Shown: positions 158,893 to 169,102 of the stretch, one piece after another
Numbering within the stretch: position 1 is the first letter of the stretch
Layout: each line of letters begins with the position of its first letter
DNA from: Andalucia godoyi And28
Taxonomy: Eukaryota; Protista; Jakobida
Length of the DNA stretch: 248,000 bases
Direction: 5' to 3'
NCBI GenBank assembly: GCA_009859145.1
Contig: VRVR01000022.1
Coordinates: 20,001-268,000 of the forward strand
Program-made: the position numbers and the translations under genes
Notes under the pieces: model-generated
Seen by the model: the letters and a program-made list of their open reading frames with translations, nothing else
Told to the model about the DNA's origin: nothing
Databases searched by the model: none

Positions 158893-159327
158893 GTCCTCTC
158901 TCCCCTGCTTTTTGCTCGCTTCACAATAATTTTTTTCTTCTGACATTTGACGTATGTTTTTTAGGGCGCACCGGGTAAAAATCGTAAGAGCAGTTTATTG
159001 GGAAGGTGCCACGGCACAGTCCTGTCGGTTCTCATCACGTATCTGATTTTGGGGTTTGTCGCTGACGAAAATAAAGAGAGGAAAACCTGCCGAAGTCCGA
159101 ACCCGAAGTCATTCATTTGATTTTATAAATTTTTTTGGATTTGAATGTACAGTACCATTCCGAGGCTTTCATTTTCCAGCTTACTTTTCAGTCTCCGTGT
159201 TTTTTTGCACCATTGTTTTTTATCATTAAGTTGTGAAGACGCTCCCGCGCGCGTGTTTGTGGAATCCCTCGAGGTGGTCTAGGAATCTTTTGTTTGAGAG
159301 GGATTTCGCAGCAGGCAAGGAGGAGGG

Positions 159328-162312
159328 ATGGCGAGGGATGCAGCTTCTGCGGATATTGCGGAATTGCTAAAGATCCAGCCTCCGAATGTGCATTCGCGCA
159401 ATGAAGCGTATTCGCTTGGCACATACGGAAAGAAGTACGGTTGGAAAGACCACAAAAGCCCGTCTCGTCGATACTTTGTGCTCTATCCGAACGAAATCGC
159501 ATATTTTGCGTCGGAAAAGGATGTTTCAGCAGGGAAATCGGGGAAGGAGTCAAAGGCCAAAGGCTCAATTCCTCTCGAATTATTTGGGACATGCTTCAAG
159601 GTGAATGCTGACGAGCCTGTTGCTGTAGACACCTTTCAGAATGCGGCTTCGGCTCGATCAATCCGTACTCCCCAGATTGGAATCCGTGTTCGCGTTCCTT
159701 CGGTCAAGCGCACGTTTTACATTTTCCTCGAGTCTGTCCAAGAAAGAGAGGCGTGGTTTGTTGCAGTTCAGTTCAATCTCGAATGGCTGCGATTTCAGAC
159801 GAAAGATTTTGTAGACCGCGCCCTTGATCAGTACGTTTCGGACCCGTCCGTTTCTGCAAAGGAAGCAAAGATTGCAAAAGTCAAGCTTCGATACAGGTTT
159901 CGAATACGTCCCGATGAGACCGATCCGCGTGCTGCGTACATTGCGCAGAAGAAGCTGCTTCTCGGAGAGTACGATCACTTTCGAGCAATGGTTGTATCTG
160001 TACAGGATTTGGATGCGGACATGTATCTCGCCGGAGGTTCGACGTTCCTGTTCGATATTGTTTCGACCACTACTCAGTCGCACGATGTAGTGCAGTGGTT
160101 TTTAGAGCACTTTCACGTCAGTGTTAACCAGCCTCATTTGACGACCAAGGACACTCCCTTGCTCAAGGCTGTTCAACTGGGCAACGTGGATACAGTCCGC
160201 GTGTTGCTAGACTACGGCGCAGATCGCGCGTTGACGAATATTTATGGAGAATCTGCCGCTTCAGAGTCTTTGGGTGACGAGCTGCTGAGAAATCTGCTGC
160301 GTCAGTACACTCCTGCTGTCAAACCGTCAGGGTCTCTTTCTTCAAGGCCTAAGAAGGAGGCTGCTCCAGTCGACAATGCCAAACAACCAGCAATCTCGCC
160401 CGCGCGACCAGCCAACGTGATTGACAGGGTTCCTCACAGGCTGGTTTCCGAGCAGGACCTAATCTCTCGAATAGATCACATTGTTGACTTTTTTATTGAT
160501 TCCTGTGAAGACAAGATGGCGCGGGATGGATTTCGAGATGCAAGCGCAATCCAATTGCTGACTTCGATCTGCTACCGTTCCAAATCTGTGGACTCGAAAG
160601 TGATCTCGGTAGTTATGTCGCACTTGGCACGAATTGTGGATGTTGCACCGCTTGATTTTCTTTCTTCCGAGGCTGTGCACGAGCCGCTGTCGAAGACCCT
160701 GTTCCATCTCATATCGAGTACCTCTTTTCGCGCATCGTTTCCCGCTGACCTGAGCCAGCTGCTGTCGTCGTTCGCAACAAGGTTGTATAAGGACCAAAGC
160801 TTGCTTGTCGTGCTCATGGCAAGTGACCATCGGTCACCGAATGCGTTCCCATTGTTTACAGGCCTGGTTCGTCTGTTCAACCAGCCCAACATCTTCTTTT
160901 CGACCACGTACTTTGAGCGACTCACCTCTAGTTTTGAAAGAATCCTCGCTCTTCCGCAGCGCATGGTGTCCGAATTTGTCGTTCACGAAACGCAGTTTTC
161001 AGAGATCACTGTCTCGCATCTGGAATCATTTCTGCAGCGCCTGACTGCACAGAAGTTTGTCAACGTGACCAAAGAAGACGACGCGTTCAGGACTGCCTTT
161101 TTCAATTACTTGCGGTTCCTCGATAAGCTGTTCTTCAGAGGCCACAATCTCCTCCTGCTGCAGCTGCGGGAAGCTGTTGTGCAGTGCCTCATGACCGCCT
161201 TTTCCTTCCTTCGCGACATTGTCAGAAACAATGCGTTGGACGCCGAGAGTGTCCATCTGTTAGAGCACTCGATCCGTTTTCTCTGCGAAATTGCGATATG
161301 TATTGAGTCGAATCCTTTTCTCGAACTCTTTGCAGAGGTCCTTTTTGGCTCACGAAATGACCAGGAAAATTGTGTTTTCTTTTGCTTGTCTTCTGGCCCG
161401 GAGCCACTGTGTCTTGCTGCTCTTGATCTTCTGCACGTCTTCGTGGACCGTGCGTCCGATGTGGTTTTGGACCTCCTCATTGGCCGATTCTTTGTGGATG
161501 TTCCGTTTCTTGTAGGCGGGACTTCCCAAGCAGACCTGTTTTCAATCGCAAACACTGCAGCGTGGGAATCTGCATTTCCGTGTGTTTTTGACGAGCCCGA
161601 CGGGCTGGGACAGTATGAAATCGACACTCGGCTGAAGGTAATTGAGTATTGCAAAGCTCTCAGTGTCATTCAAACACAATCTGTTGATCGGGGCCGAATG
161701 ACGTCTAGACACCGCGCTTCGCTGCACCGGTCGTCCTTTGCCGTACCGTCTGCCGACCTGTGCTTTTTCAAGATGTCCGACAAGGTGTCGACCGGAAAGA
161801 TGTGTCCTTTGTTGGCTCATTTATTTGGACGCCTGCAGTCGTTTGTTGTCAACACTCCAGTCATCAACATTCGGTTGACTGGCATTATCTCACAACTTGC
161901 AATGATCCCGTATCCTCCTCTTGTGGGATTTCTGCTTGCTTGCAAGCTGAAGCTGTCCGACGAGTGGAAATCCCTCTACTCCATCATCAGCGGCCTTACA
162001 AAGCACTTTCAGTCCGACAGTCGGTTTTCCGAGGCAAGGACGAAACTGCCTTTGATGTTTGGTGCTCTCGGCATCGACTCGAGGCACACTGCAGATCCGA
162101 CTTCTCCGCAGTCGAGCTACGATACACTCATTGACGATGTCCCCGAGAGCGCAAGCCTCAATCCGGAGGACGCCCTGTATCAAAAGTCGTTTTTCGTGCA
162201 GCTGTCCATCCTACTGGAATTCCGCAGAGAACTGCTGTCCGTTCTGAATTCCTGGCACGAGATCGACATTTGGCAAACCCAGTTGAATGCCATGTCAACA
162301 AAGTACCAGTGA
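159328..162312 (+). CDS. PH plus ankyrin plus FHIP/FAM160-like protein
   Basis: PH and ANK N-terminus; FFNYLRFLD.L, LFGRLQSF..N...NIRLTGIISQL, ILLEFRRELL. Confidence 0.75.
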   Translation: MARDAASADIAELLKIQPPNVHSRNEAYSLGTYGKKYGWKDHKSPSRRYFVLYPNEIAYFASEKDVSAGKSGKESKAKGSIPLELFGTCFKVNADEPVAVDTFQNAASARSIRTPQIGIRVRVPSVKRTFYIFLESVQEREAWFVAVQFNLEWLRFQTKDFVDRALDQYVSDPSVSAKEAKIAKVKLRYRFRIRPDETDPRAAYIAQKKLLLGEYDHFRAMVVSVQDLDADMYLAGGSTFLFDIVSTTTQSHDVVQWFLEHFHVSVNQPHLTTKDTPLLKAVQLGNVDTVRVLLDYGADRALTNIYGESAASESLGDELLRNLLRQYTPAVKPSGSLSSRPKKEAAPVDNAKQPAISPARPANVIDRVPHRLVSEQDLISRIDHIVDFFIDSCEDKMARDGFRDASAIQLLTSICYRSKSVDSKVISVVMSHLARIVDVAPLDFLSSEAVHEPLSKTLFHLISSTSFRASFPADLSQLLSSFATRLYKDQSLLVVLMASDHRSPNAFPLFTGLVRLFNQPNIFFSTTYFERLTSSFERILALPQRMVSEFVVHETQFSEITVSHLESFLQRLTAQKFVNVTKEDDAFRTAFFNYLRFLDKLFFRGHNLLLLQLREAVVQCLMTAFSFLRDIVRNNALDAESVHLLEHSIRFLCEIAICIESNPFLELFAEVLFGSRNDQENCVFFCLSSGPEPLCLAALDLLHVFVDRASDVVLDLLIGRFFVDVPFLVGGTSQADLFSIANTAAWESAFPCVFDEPDGLGQYEIDTRLKVIEYCKALSVIQTQSVDRGRMTSRHRASLHRSSFAVPSADLCFFKMSDKVSTGKMCPLLAHLFGRLQSFVVNTPVINIRLTGIISQLAMIPYPPLVGFLLACKLKLSDEWKSLYSIISGLTKHFQSDSRFSEARTKLPLMFGALGIDSRHTADPTSPQSSYDTLIDDVPESASLNPEDALYQKSFFVQLSILLEFRRELLSVLNSWHEIDIWQTQLNAMSTKYQ

Positions 162313-162381
162313 GGGTGGTGTTTTTTTTTTTTTTTTTGGCGATTACGATGAGCACATTGCATTTTTCTTTCAGGGAGTGCG

Positions 162382-163209
162382 TTACGCACGGACCAGTCTC
162401 CACCACTCCAGCACTTGTCCTTCGTCCTCCGAGGGGCGAAGAAGAGAAAACGCTGCTTCCCCTATACTTTGCATTTGTGGATTGGGGTACGGACGTCCGT
162501 GTTTCTCAAAGTTGGCACGAACGATCTGCTTACGAGGATCGTTCATTTCGATTTCCCTCTTCACAAACGACTCTTTCGGTTGTAAAAGCACGTAAATGAC
162601 GGACTCCTCTCCAAATGCGTGTCTTGCATGCGTTGGTGGATAGACAGGTGAAGAGGCAAAGACGTTTGCAAAAAAGGTGAATTGCCCAAACGACAACATC
162701 CAGGTCGTTGGTGAGGTGAGACCGTTTGCTAAATTCCGCATGCAATTAAACGAGGGACCGCACGGGTCGTGATCACAGAGTAAAGTCAAGAATTCCACAA
162801 CGCTTTTCTGAAACACCGACGCGGATGAGACGAAATCCGGGTTCGAAAGCTCGATCACAATCGCATCGACGGACAGCGGGTCCTGAGCAAGCTCTTGCAA
162901 AGCCTCCTTGAAAGAAGGAAGAACGTAATTCACCACACAATCCTTCAAAGACGCATGCTTCGGACACTCTGCACAGCACAGAACCTTGTGTGCGGTTCTT
163001 GCGAAAATGCAATGCGTGGTTGCGATCACGCGTTCGCGGAAGCGTCGCAGGACTCTTCTCTTGGAACCGCTCGCGAAAGTACTTCCAATTCCATCTCGCT
163101 TCAGGAACCCTCCAATTCCAAGAGGAACCGCAACCAGAAGAACAGTCCAAAGCATCGTCCATAACTGCTCATTCACCATTACGAACGAACGAACGAACGA
163201 ACGAACCAC
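162382..163209 (-). CDS. YqcI/YcgG-like protein with N-terminal hydrophobic segment
   Basis: CIFAR, W.LSFG..TFF..F..P.YP..HAR, VLLQP..SF. Confidence 0.5.
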   Translation of the reverse strand: MVRSFVRSFVMVNEQLWTMLWTVLLVAVPLGIGGFLKRDGIGSTFASGSKRRVLRRFRERVIATTHCIFARTAHKVLCCAECPKHASLKDCVVNYVLPSFKEALQELAQDPLSVDAIVIELSNPDFVSSASVFQKSVVEFLTLLCDHDPCGPSFNCMRNLANGLTSPTTWMLSFGQFTFFANVFASSPVYPPTHARHAFGEESVIYVLLQPKESFVKREIEMNDPRKQIVRANFEKHGRPYPNPQMQSIGEAAFSLLRPSEDEGQVLEWWRLVRA

Positions 163210-163480
163210 ACAAATCCGTCAAAGATCCCGAAACCATAATCGTTGCGCAGCTGCAGAAAACCCAAAAACAAAAGGAGAGAGAGAGAGAGAGAGAGAGAGC
163301 AACTCTTCAATGCACGGGAACGGAAACGAGTTGAGCCTATCGGTAGCATCACATACAGCAAAGTCAAAGACAGAGGAAGCATATTTGGGGAAAACTCCAA
163401 TTTTTCAATTTGGATTTGGATTTGGATGTGGATTGATGAGATAATGGCTGACACATCCCCAACCCAACTGGCAACCGTCC

Positions 163481-165115
163481 ATGTGCGGAATAGCAGCTGT
163501 GATTCGACTGAGGCACGGAACGAAATGCAACTTGGAATGTTCGACGCTTCCAGAACGCTGTGTGGCGGACAGTCATATTCAAGAGATGATTGGTCCTCGA
163601 GGAACGGATTGCTTTTCAAAGTTTTCGCACAACCGCTCTTCTTTCCAAAACGCAAGCTTCACGTCGATTGACCTGTACGGTGCGTTGTTGAGCCTACGAG
163701 GACCACTGACTCCGATTCCTGTGCACGTTGGAGACGACTATACATTGCTTTGGAACGGAGAAGTGTTCCGCGGTGTGGAGGTTCAAAAGACGGAGAATGA
163801 CACGGTGTTACTTGCCGCAGCGCTCGCGAATGCAATGCAATCCTCGAATCCAGACGAGACTTCGATCTTGATGAATGTATTCTCGACGATCGAAGGTCCG
163901 TTTGCATTCGTCTTCTTGAATCGCAAGACTGGCACTGTTTGCTTCGGAAGAGATCCGCTCGGTCGCAGAAGCCTGACCTTTGGATACGACCCGTCGTCTG
164001 GACTGCTTGCTATCAGTTCCGTGTCGCTCCACATAGAATCTCCCTTTTTTGAATTTCCAGTTGGTGTTCTTGGTGTTATTCCAGGTAATTCTTCCACTGT
164101 TAACCTTGTCCCTCGACTTGCCTATGCCCCGACACTTGCTCTGCTGCCCGCATCCGCCCCGGCCTTGTCTGCGCTGTCTACTATACTGTTTGATTCTGTG
164201 AAGCGTCGAATTGAGAACATTCCCAAACCACCATTGTACTCTTCCTTTTCGCCATGCCGCGTTGCAATCTTGTTTAGCGGGGGAATTGACTGCACTGTTC
164301 TTGCACTGCTTGTGCATCAGTGTCTGGACGACGCAGATGGCATTGATTTGCTCAATGTCAGCTTTTCTGAGCCGTGCTTTGATGCTGCGCCCGATCGACA
164401 GACCGCCGTAGAATCGATGCAAGAACTTCAGTCTGTGGCCCCAAACAGATCATTTCGATTGATCCGCGTGAACGTGTCGAGGACAGACCTGTCGCAGCAT
164501 ACCAAGCGCGTTTTTGACTTGATTTCTCCTCGTCACACGCTGTTGGATTTCAATCTGGCGACTGCATTGTACTTTGCCGCACGGGGAGAAGGTATTGGAG
164601 ATTCCGGACTGGCCGTCAAGACGAGCGCTCGAGTCCTCATCTCCGGTTTGGGCGCAGATGAACTGTTTGGCGGCTACGGGAGGCACAGAAAGGCGTTTGT
164701 ACGAGGTGGCGAAGAGCTGCTCAGAAAGGAGATGGAAATGGACATGTGTCGCTTGTGGATTCGGAATCTAGGACGAGATGACCGTATCATGTCTGAGCAT
164801 GCAAAGGAAGTTCGATTTCCATTCTTGGATTTGGACGTTATCGCGACTTGCAGACGCATTCCGCTTCATGAAATCTGTGACATGACCATGAAACCGGGAT
164901 TTGGAGACAAGATGATACTGCGCAAGTTCGCAGAGCAACTTGGGTTGGCGAAGTCCGCGCGACTTGTGAAGCGCGCCCTTCAGTTTGGCTCTCGCATATC
165001 TAAAGTGTCGCATCCGAAAGCAGAGGGCGATTACCTCGTTCAGCTCACAGCGGATGGACTGTCGACTGTGGTTACGAACGTTCGTCGAAGAGATGACGAT
165101 GATGCTGACGGATGA
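163481..165115 (+). CDS. ASNSD1: Asparagine synthetase domain-containing protein 1
   Basis: MCGI, LLWNGE, GRDPLGRRSL, LFSGGIDC, GLGADELFGGY, NLGRDDR. Confidence 0.92.
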   Translation: MCGIAAVIRLRHGTKCNLECSTLPERCVADSHIQEMIGPRGTDCFSKFSHNRSSFQNASFTSIDLYGALLSLRGPLTPIPVHVGDDYTLLWNGEVFRGVEVQKTENDTVLLAAALANAMQSSNPDETSILMNVFSTIEGPFAFVFLNRKTGTVCFGRDPLGRRSLTFGYDPSSGLLAISSVSLHIESPFFEFPVGVLGVIPGNSSTVNLVPRLAYAPTLALLPASAPALSALSTILFDSVKRRIENIPKPPLYSSFSPCRVAILFSGGIDCTVLALLVHQCLDDADGIDLLNVSFSEPCFDAAPDRQTAVESMQELQSVAPNRSFRLIRVNVSRTDLSQHTKRVFDLISPRHTLLDFNLATALYFAARGEGIGDSGLAVKTSARVLISGLGADELFGGYGRHRKAFVRGGEELLRKEMEMDMCRLWIRNLGRDDRIMSEHAKEVRFPFLDLDVIATCRRIPLHEICDMTMKPGFGDKMILRKFAEQLGLAKSARLVKRALQFGSRISKVSHPKAEGDYLVQLTADGLSTVVTNVRRRDDDDADG

Positions 165116-165198
165116 TGAGGGCATGCCATGAATTGAATGTATACTCGAGCATTCGTGTGCGTGCCCAGGAAAAAGGCTGCTGAAAAAAAACAGTCTGC

Positions 165199-166251
165199 TT
165201 ACCGGTTGCCTTTTTCACGGATGCACTGCTGCCCTTTGTCCTGCGGCGTGCACTCCTGACAAACAAATCCATAGTTGACCTCCAAGAAGGCTGGTCGATG
165301 TGCTTGGGTTTCGTCCATGTAGTCAATCGTGATTTCCGTGTCAGGATCAATATCCCGCGTTGCCTTCACAGCAACCATGCTCCCCAAGTCTGGATTGAAT
165401 TCCAGAGTTGCCGATGGGTTGCACGAATGGTTCAAGTAAGATGTCATTGCATACAACGCCGACCCAATGCGCACTCTTCCAACTGCATTCGCTGCCCCAT
165501 TTTGCATAATAGGAACGTTGTACGAAACCGAGACGGCATTCAAGTTGAGCGTAGTCATCATTCGGCAGTACCAGTCGAGCGTAAATGCCTCTTTCGCTTC
165601 TTGGAACAATGAAGTGAGATCGTTATGCAATCCTCGTTTTTCCAGTTTTCCGAGGAAAGTCTCTGATTTCCCGAACAAATCCTTGTAAAATCGAGCAAAA
165701 TCTGCAGAAAATGCTGTCCGTTGTGCTTCATGCAGGTTGGCGTACACAAGATTAGAGACCGGAGCGGCCTGCCATGCTCCTGCAAGACGAGTGCTTCCGT
165801 TCCCAACCGGAGATCCCTGCTGCACGTCACATTTCGATTTTGAATCTTTTAGAACGTCGCGAATCATGTGGAATGCAATATTCTTGGCGAGAACGGGGAA
165901 CAATCGTCCTCTTTTTCGAGCAATCGCTTCCGTTTCATGCGACAAAGGAACCTGTAAACCATAATACTTCTTCCAATCTGCCTGCAAACGACCCTCAAGC
166001 GACCCCGACCCACACGGCCCCTGGTTTGCACACGCCGGACAAGTGCTCCGCGAAAGCTGGAGAACACGCATGCAACCAGCGCACGCAAACGTTGGGTCTA
166101 CAACCGCAGATACAAATGGCTGTTCTCCCCAAATCAAGCTGCCTTTTCGCACAAACTCGGTAGTAAAAACTCCTCGACCACGACTCGCTGTGCTCTGAAC
166201 ACTGACGACCATTTCCTTCTCCCTCGTTCCCCCTCGATTCAACGTGGCCAC
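165199..166251 (-). CDS. SMYD-like SET-domain protein
   Basis: GRGVF, LNHSCNPSA, EITIDY, YGFVC.EC. Confidence 0.85.
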   Translation of the reverse strand: MATLNRGGTREKEMVVSVQSTASRGRGVFTTEFVRKGSLIWGEQPFVSAVVDPTFACAGCMRVLQLSRSTCPACANQGPCGSGSLEGRLQADWKKYYGLQVPLSHETEAIARKRGRLFPVLAKNIAFHMIRDVLKDSKSKCDVQQGSPVGNGSTRLAGAWQAAPVSNLVYANLHEAQRTAFSADFARFYKDLFGKSETFLGKLEKRGLHNDLTSLFQEAKEAFTLDWYCRMMTTLNLNAVSVSYNVPIMQNGAANAVGRVRIGSALYAMTSYLNHSCNPSATLEFNPDLGSMVAVKATRDIDPDTEITIDYMDETQAHRPAFLEVNYGFVCQECTPQDKGQQCIREKGNR

Positions 166252-166496
166252 ACACTCTACACCATCTCCTGTGTGTTTTCACGCTTGGCAGTTTTGCACG
166301 AAAAGCAGATGAAATTATTCGGACCACCCGCAATCGTCATCCGTCGACATTTGAGTAAGTTGATGCAAAGCCTTTTCTGGCCTTTTCCCGCCGCCACTTT
166401 GAGACGAAAGACGGAGTTACGTTTACCGGTCTTCTTCTTTTCACAAATCTCTTTCAAAAAATACACACATACGCGCGCGCGAGAGAGAGAGAGAGA

Positions 166497-167816
166497 ATGA
166501 ACTTTAGTGACCCGGTCAAGTTTTCTGGAAAATCCGTCAGTTTTTCGGCGGATGGTGAGTATGTGGCGTTTTCGCATGGTCCAGAAGTGGCTGTTCGTGA
166601 AACAACTACGTTTTCACAGAATCGACGCTTTGCATGCGAGGACATTGTTGACTATGTGGAGTGGTCTTCTGACTCGACGCTGCTGCTTTGCGTGTCAGTG
166701 AAGCGCGGTGTGATTATGGTGTTCAATCCATCGGATCCTTCGTTTCGGTGCAGAATTGATGAAGGAACACTTGGAGTAGAGTCTGCGACGTTTTCCAAGG
166801 ACTCGCGACACGTCCTCGTAACCTCTGAGATGGGTGTTCGCATCGGGGTTTGGTCTCTGGTGGATGGTTCTTGCACGGTGCTATCAAGCGGAAAAGCAGT
166901 GCCGAAAAACCGAAATATTGCAGTGTCTCCAGACGGAAAGTTTCTTGCCTCGCTTGCGCGCAGAGATTGCAAGGATTATGTGGCCATGCTTGCTTGCGGA
167001 TCCTGGCAGCTTCTATCGAGCTTTGAAGTTTCGGAAACAAAGGACGCTGCGGGGATTGCATGGAGTCCTAACCGGTCTCTTCTTGCGGTCTGGGACTCGC
167101 TTCTTGAATACAAGATTGCTGTGTACAGAATGGACGGACATCTGGTTGCGTCGTTCAGAGCATATGAAGATGGTCTGGGAATCCGCTGTGTGGAATGGGC
167201 TCCTTCGGGACAGATGCTGGCGGTTGGATCATATGACAACAGCGTACGCTTGTTGAACCACATGACGTTTCGCACCATGGTGGAGTATCAGCATCGGACT
167301 CTTCATACGGACCTTTCCAGAGTATTTATCTTTAGAGAGACAGAAGGACCAAGATACGACGTCACAACGTCAGACGATGGGGACAATCACTCGCTGAGCG
167401 ACATGCCGGCCCTGTTTGGACAGCCGGACTCGCCAAATCCAAAGATTGGTGTATCACGGATTGCGTTTTCACGAGATTCGCGATATCTGGCTTCAAAGTC
167501 AGACTCGTTTCCGAATACCGTGTGGATCTGGGATAACGCGAAGCTCAAGCTGCTGGCCGTATTGATCCACACTGATCCCGTTCGGACGTTTTCGTGGCAT
167601 CCGGTTCAATCGATGCTCGCGGTTGCGTGCGCCAATCTCAACATCTACCTGTGGACTCCAGAGGGTGCATCGTGCGCGCAAACTCCAGCGCAAACTCCAC
167701 TTTCTGTTCTGGAGTGGTCGCCTCTCGGAAATGCTCTTGCGGTAGGCGAGCGCACACAGCTCAGCATGTGCTACTTCTCGGACCAAACTGGAAACGGCGA
167801 CGATCCCGAGAGTTGA
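166497..167816 (+). CDS. WRAP73: WD40 protein WRAP73/WDR8
   Basis: MNFSD, CRIDEG.LG, LGIRCVEW.PSGQ.LAVGSYD, PNPKIGV. Confidence 0.88.
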   Translation: MNFSDPVKFSGKSVSFSADGEYVAFSHGPEVAVRETTTFSQNRRFACEDIVDYVEWSSDSTLLLCVSVKRGVIMVFNPSDPSFRCRIDEGTLGVESATFSKDSRHVLVTSEMGVRIGVWSLVDGSCTVLSSGKAVPKNRNIAVSPDGKFLASLARRDCKDYVAMLACGSWQLLSSFEVSETKDAAGIAWSPNRSLLAVWDSLLEYKIAVYRMDGHLVASFRAYEDGLGIRCVEWAPSGQMLAVGSYDNSVRLLNHMTFRTMVEYQHRTLHTDLSRVFIFRETEGPRYDVTTSDDGDNHSLSDMPALFGQPDSPNPKIGVSRIAFSRDSRYLASKSDSFPNTVWIWDNAKLKLLAVLIHTDPVRTFSWHPVQSMLAVACANLNIYLWTPEGASCAQTPAQTPLSVLEWSPLGNALAVGERTQLSMCYFSDQTGNGDDPES

Positions 167817-167965
167817 GGACTGCACCTTTTTCCGTTCCTCCATCATCCGCACTTCATGTTTCTCACCTCATGAGCCTCAAAGAGGAGATCCTTCGTATCC
167901 AAACGTAAAACAGGAAGACGTAAGACATTAGACGTCGTATGGCATCTCGCATCGTATCCGGCGAG

Positions 167966-168790
167966 CTATGAATCCGAATCCGGGCTGCTTAGATGCCGTT
168001 GCAGAACGGCTTCTGCAGAATCGTTGATGAGCTTGCTGCGCACTTCAAGAGCGGTTGCTGCGGTCCTGGGGACGTTTGCCGCACGCTCAAGTGCACGTGC
168101 AATTGACCGCGCTTCAAAATCGTTTTGAATGAATGGTTTTGTCAGATCGGGACTTGCAAGAATCATCAAAAACAGCTCCAACACAGCCTCCACAACCAAC
168201 TCGTCTCCTCCAAGAAGCAGCCCAAAGAGCATGGACATAGGTTCCTGTTGCACTAAGATACTCCTGCACGTGTCCGATATGCAGAGCTGCGTCATCAGTC
168301 GAATGCAGACGACAGTGGTCCACGGACCACACGCATGGACAAAATCCGAGCGGGTTAAGTGATGCATCAGCTTTCCGTCCCCGAACGCTGTGGACAATTC
168401 ATAGGCTTGCATGCTTGTTCTGCACTGTTCAAAGTACTCTAGAATGCGGTACACACAGTATGTTTTCTCGGATGTCGGAATTGCCGAATCTCCACAAATC
168501 TGAGGTATGTATGCAAGTGTGCGCACACAGTTGAGGGGGTGAGTACACAAACGAATAGCATAAATTCTCTTCCAGAACGTGTCCCATATTCTGTTGTGTT
168601 CTTTCTTTCTTCTTGTGTTTTGAAATGCGAAAAAGACATACAGCTTTGCTCCACTGAAGTAAGACGTCCGCGTCTGGCAGCTGCGATTTGTCCATTTTTC
168701 CGTCCCTTTCTGATTTCACTTACACGAGTGCTAGATGAGCAGCCGGTGCGCTCTCTATTCAGCAGCAACACTAAGCAACGACAGACAGAA
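167966..168790 (-). CDS. Armadillo-like helical protein, multi-exon
   Basis: Helical-repeat-like last exon; GT-AG tracts upstream; 5' end uncertain. Confidence 0.4.
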
Positions 168791-169102
168791 CGGCCTTCTC
168801 TCACGTTTCGTGCGGCCGCGACCCTCTCCTGCTGAACAGTGCAGGACCGCAGATGCAACGGACGCGTTGAAACTGAAAAGACACCGCTGTAAAAAAAAAT
168901 AATAATTTAATAATTAAAAAACACGAAATAGAATCTCTCCGACGTTGTTTCGAAATCCGTCGACGGCAGTTAACGTTCCGGGATCGGAACACGAAAAGCC
169001 GAGAGTGCAATCCGAAACTTCATCATCATCGTCGTCATCATGTGCACAGCCACCAGAGAAGTTGTACGTAAGTGAAGTAGCTGGGTTAGCTGGGGTAACG
169101 AA

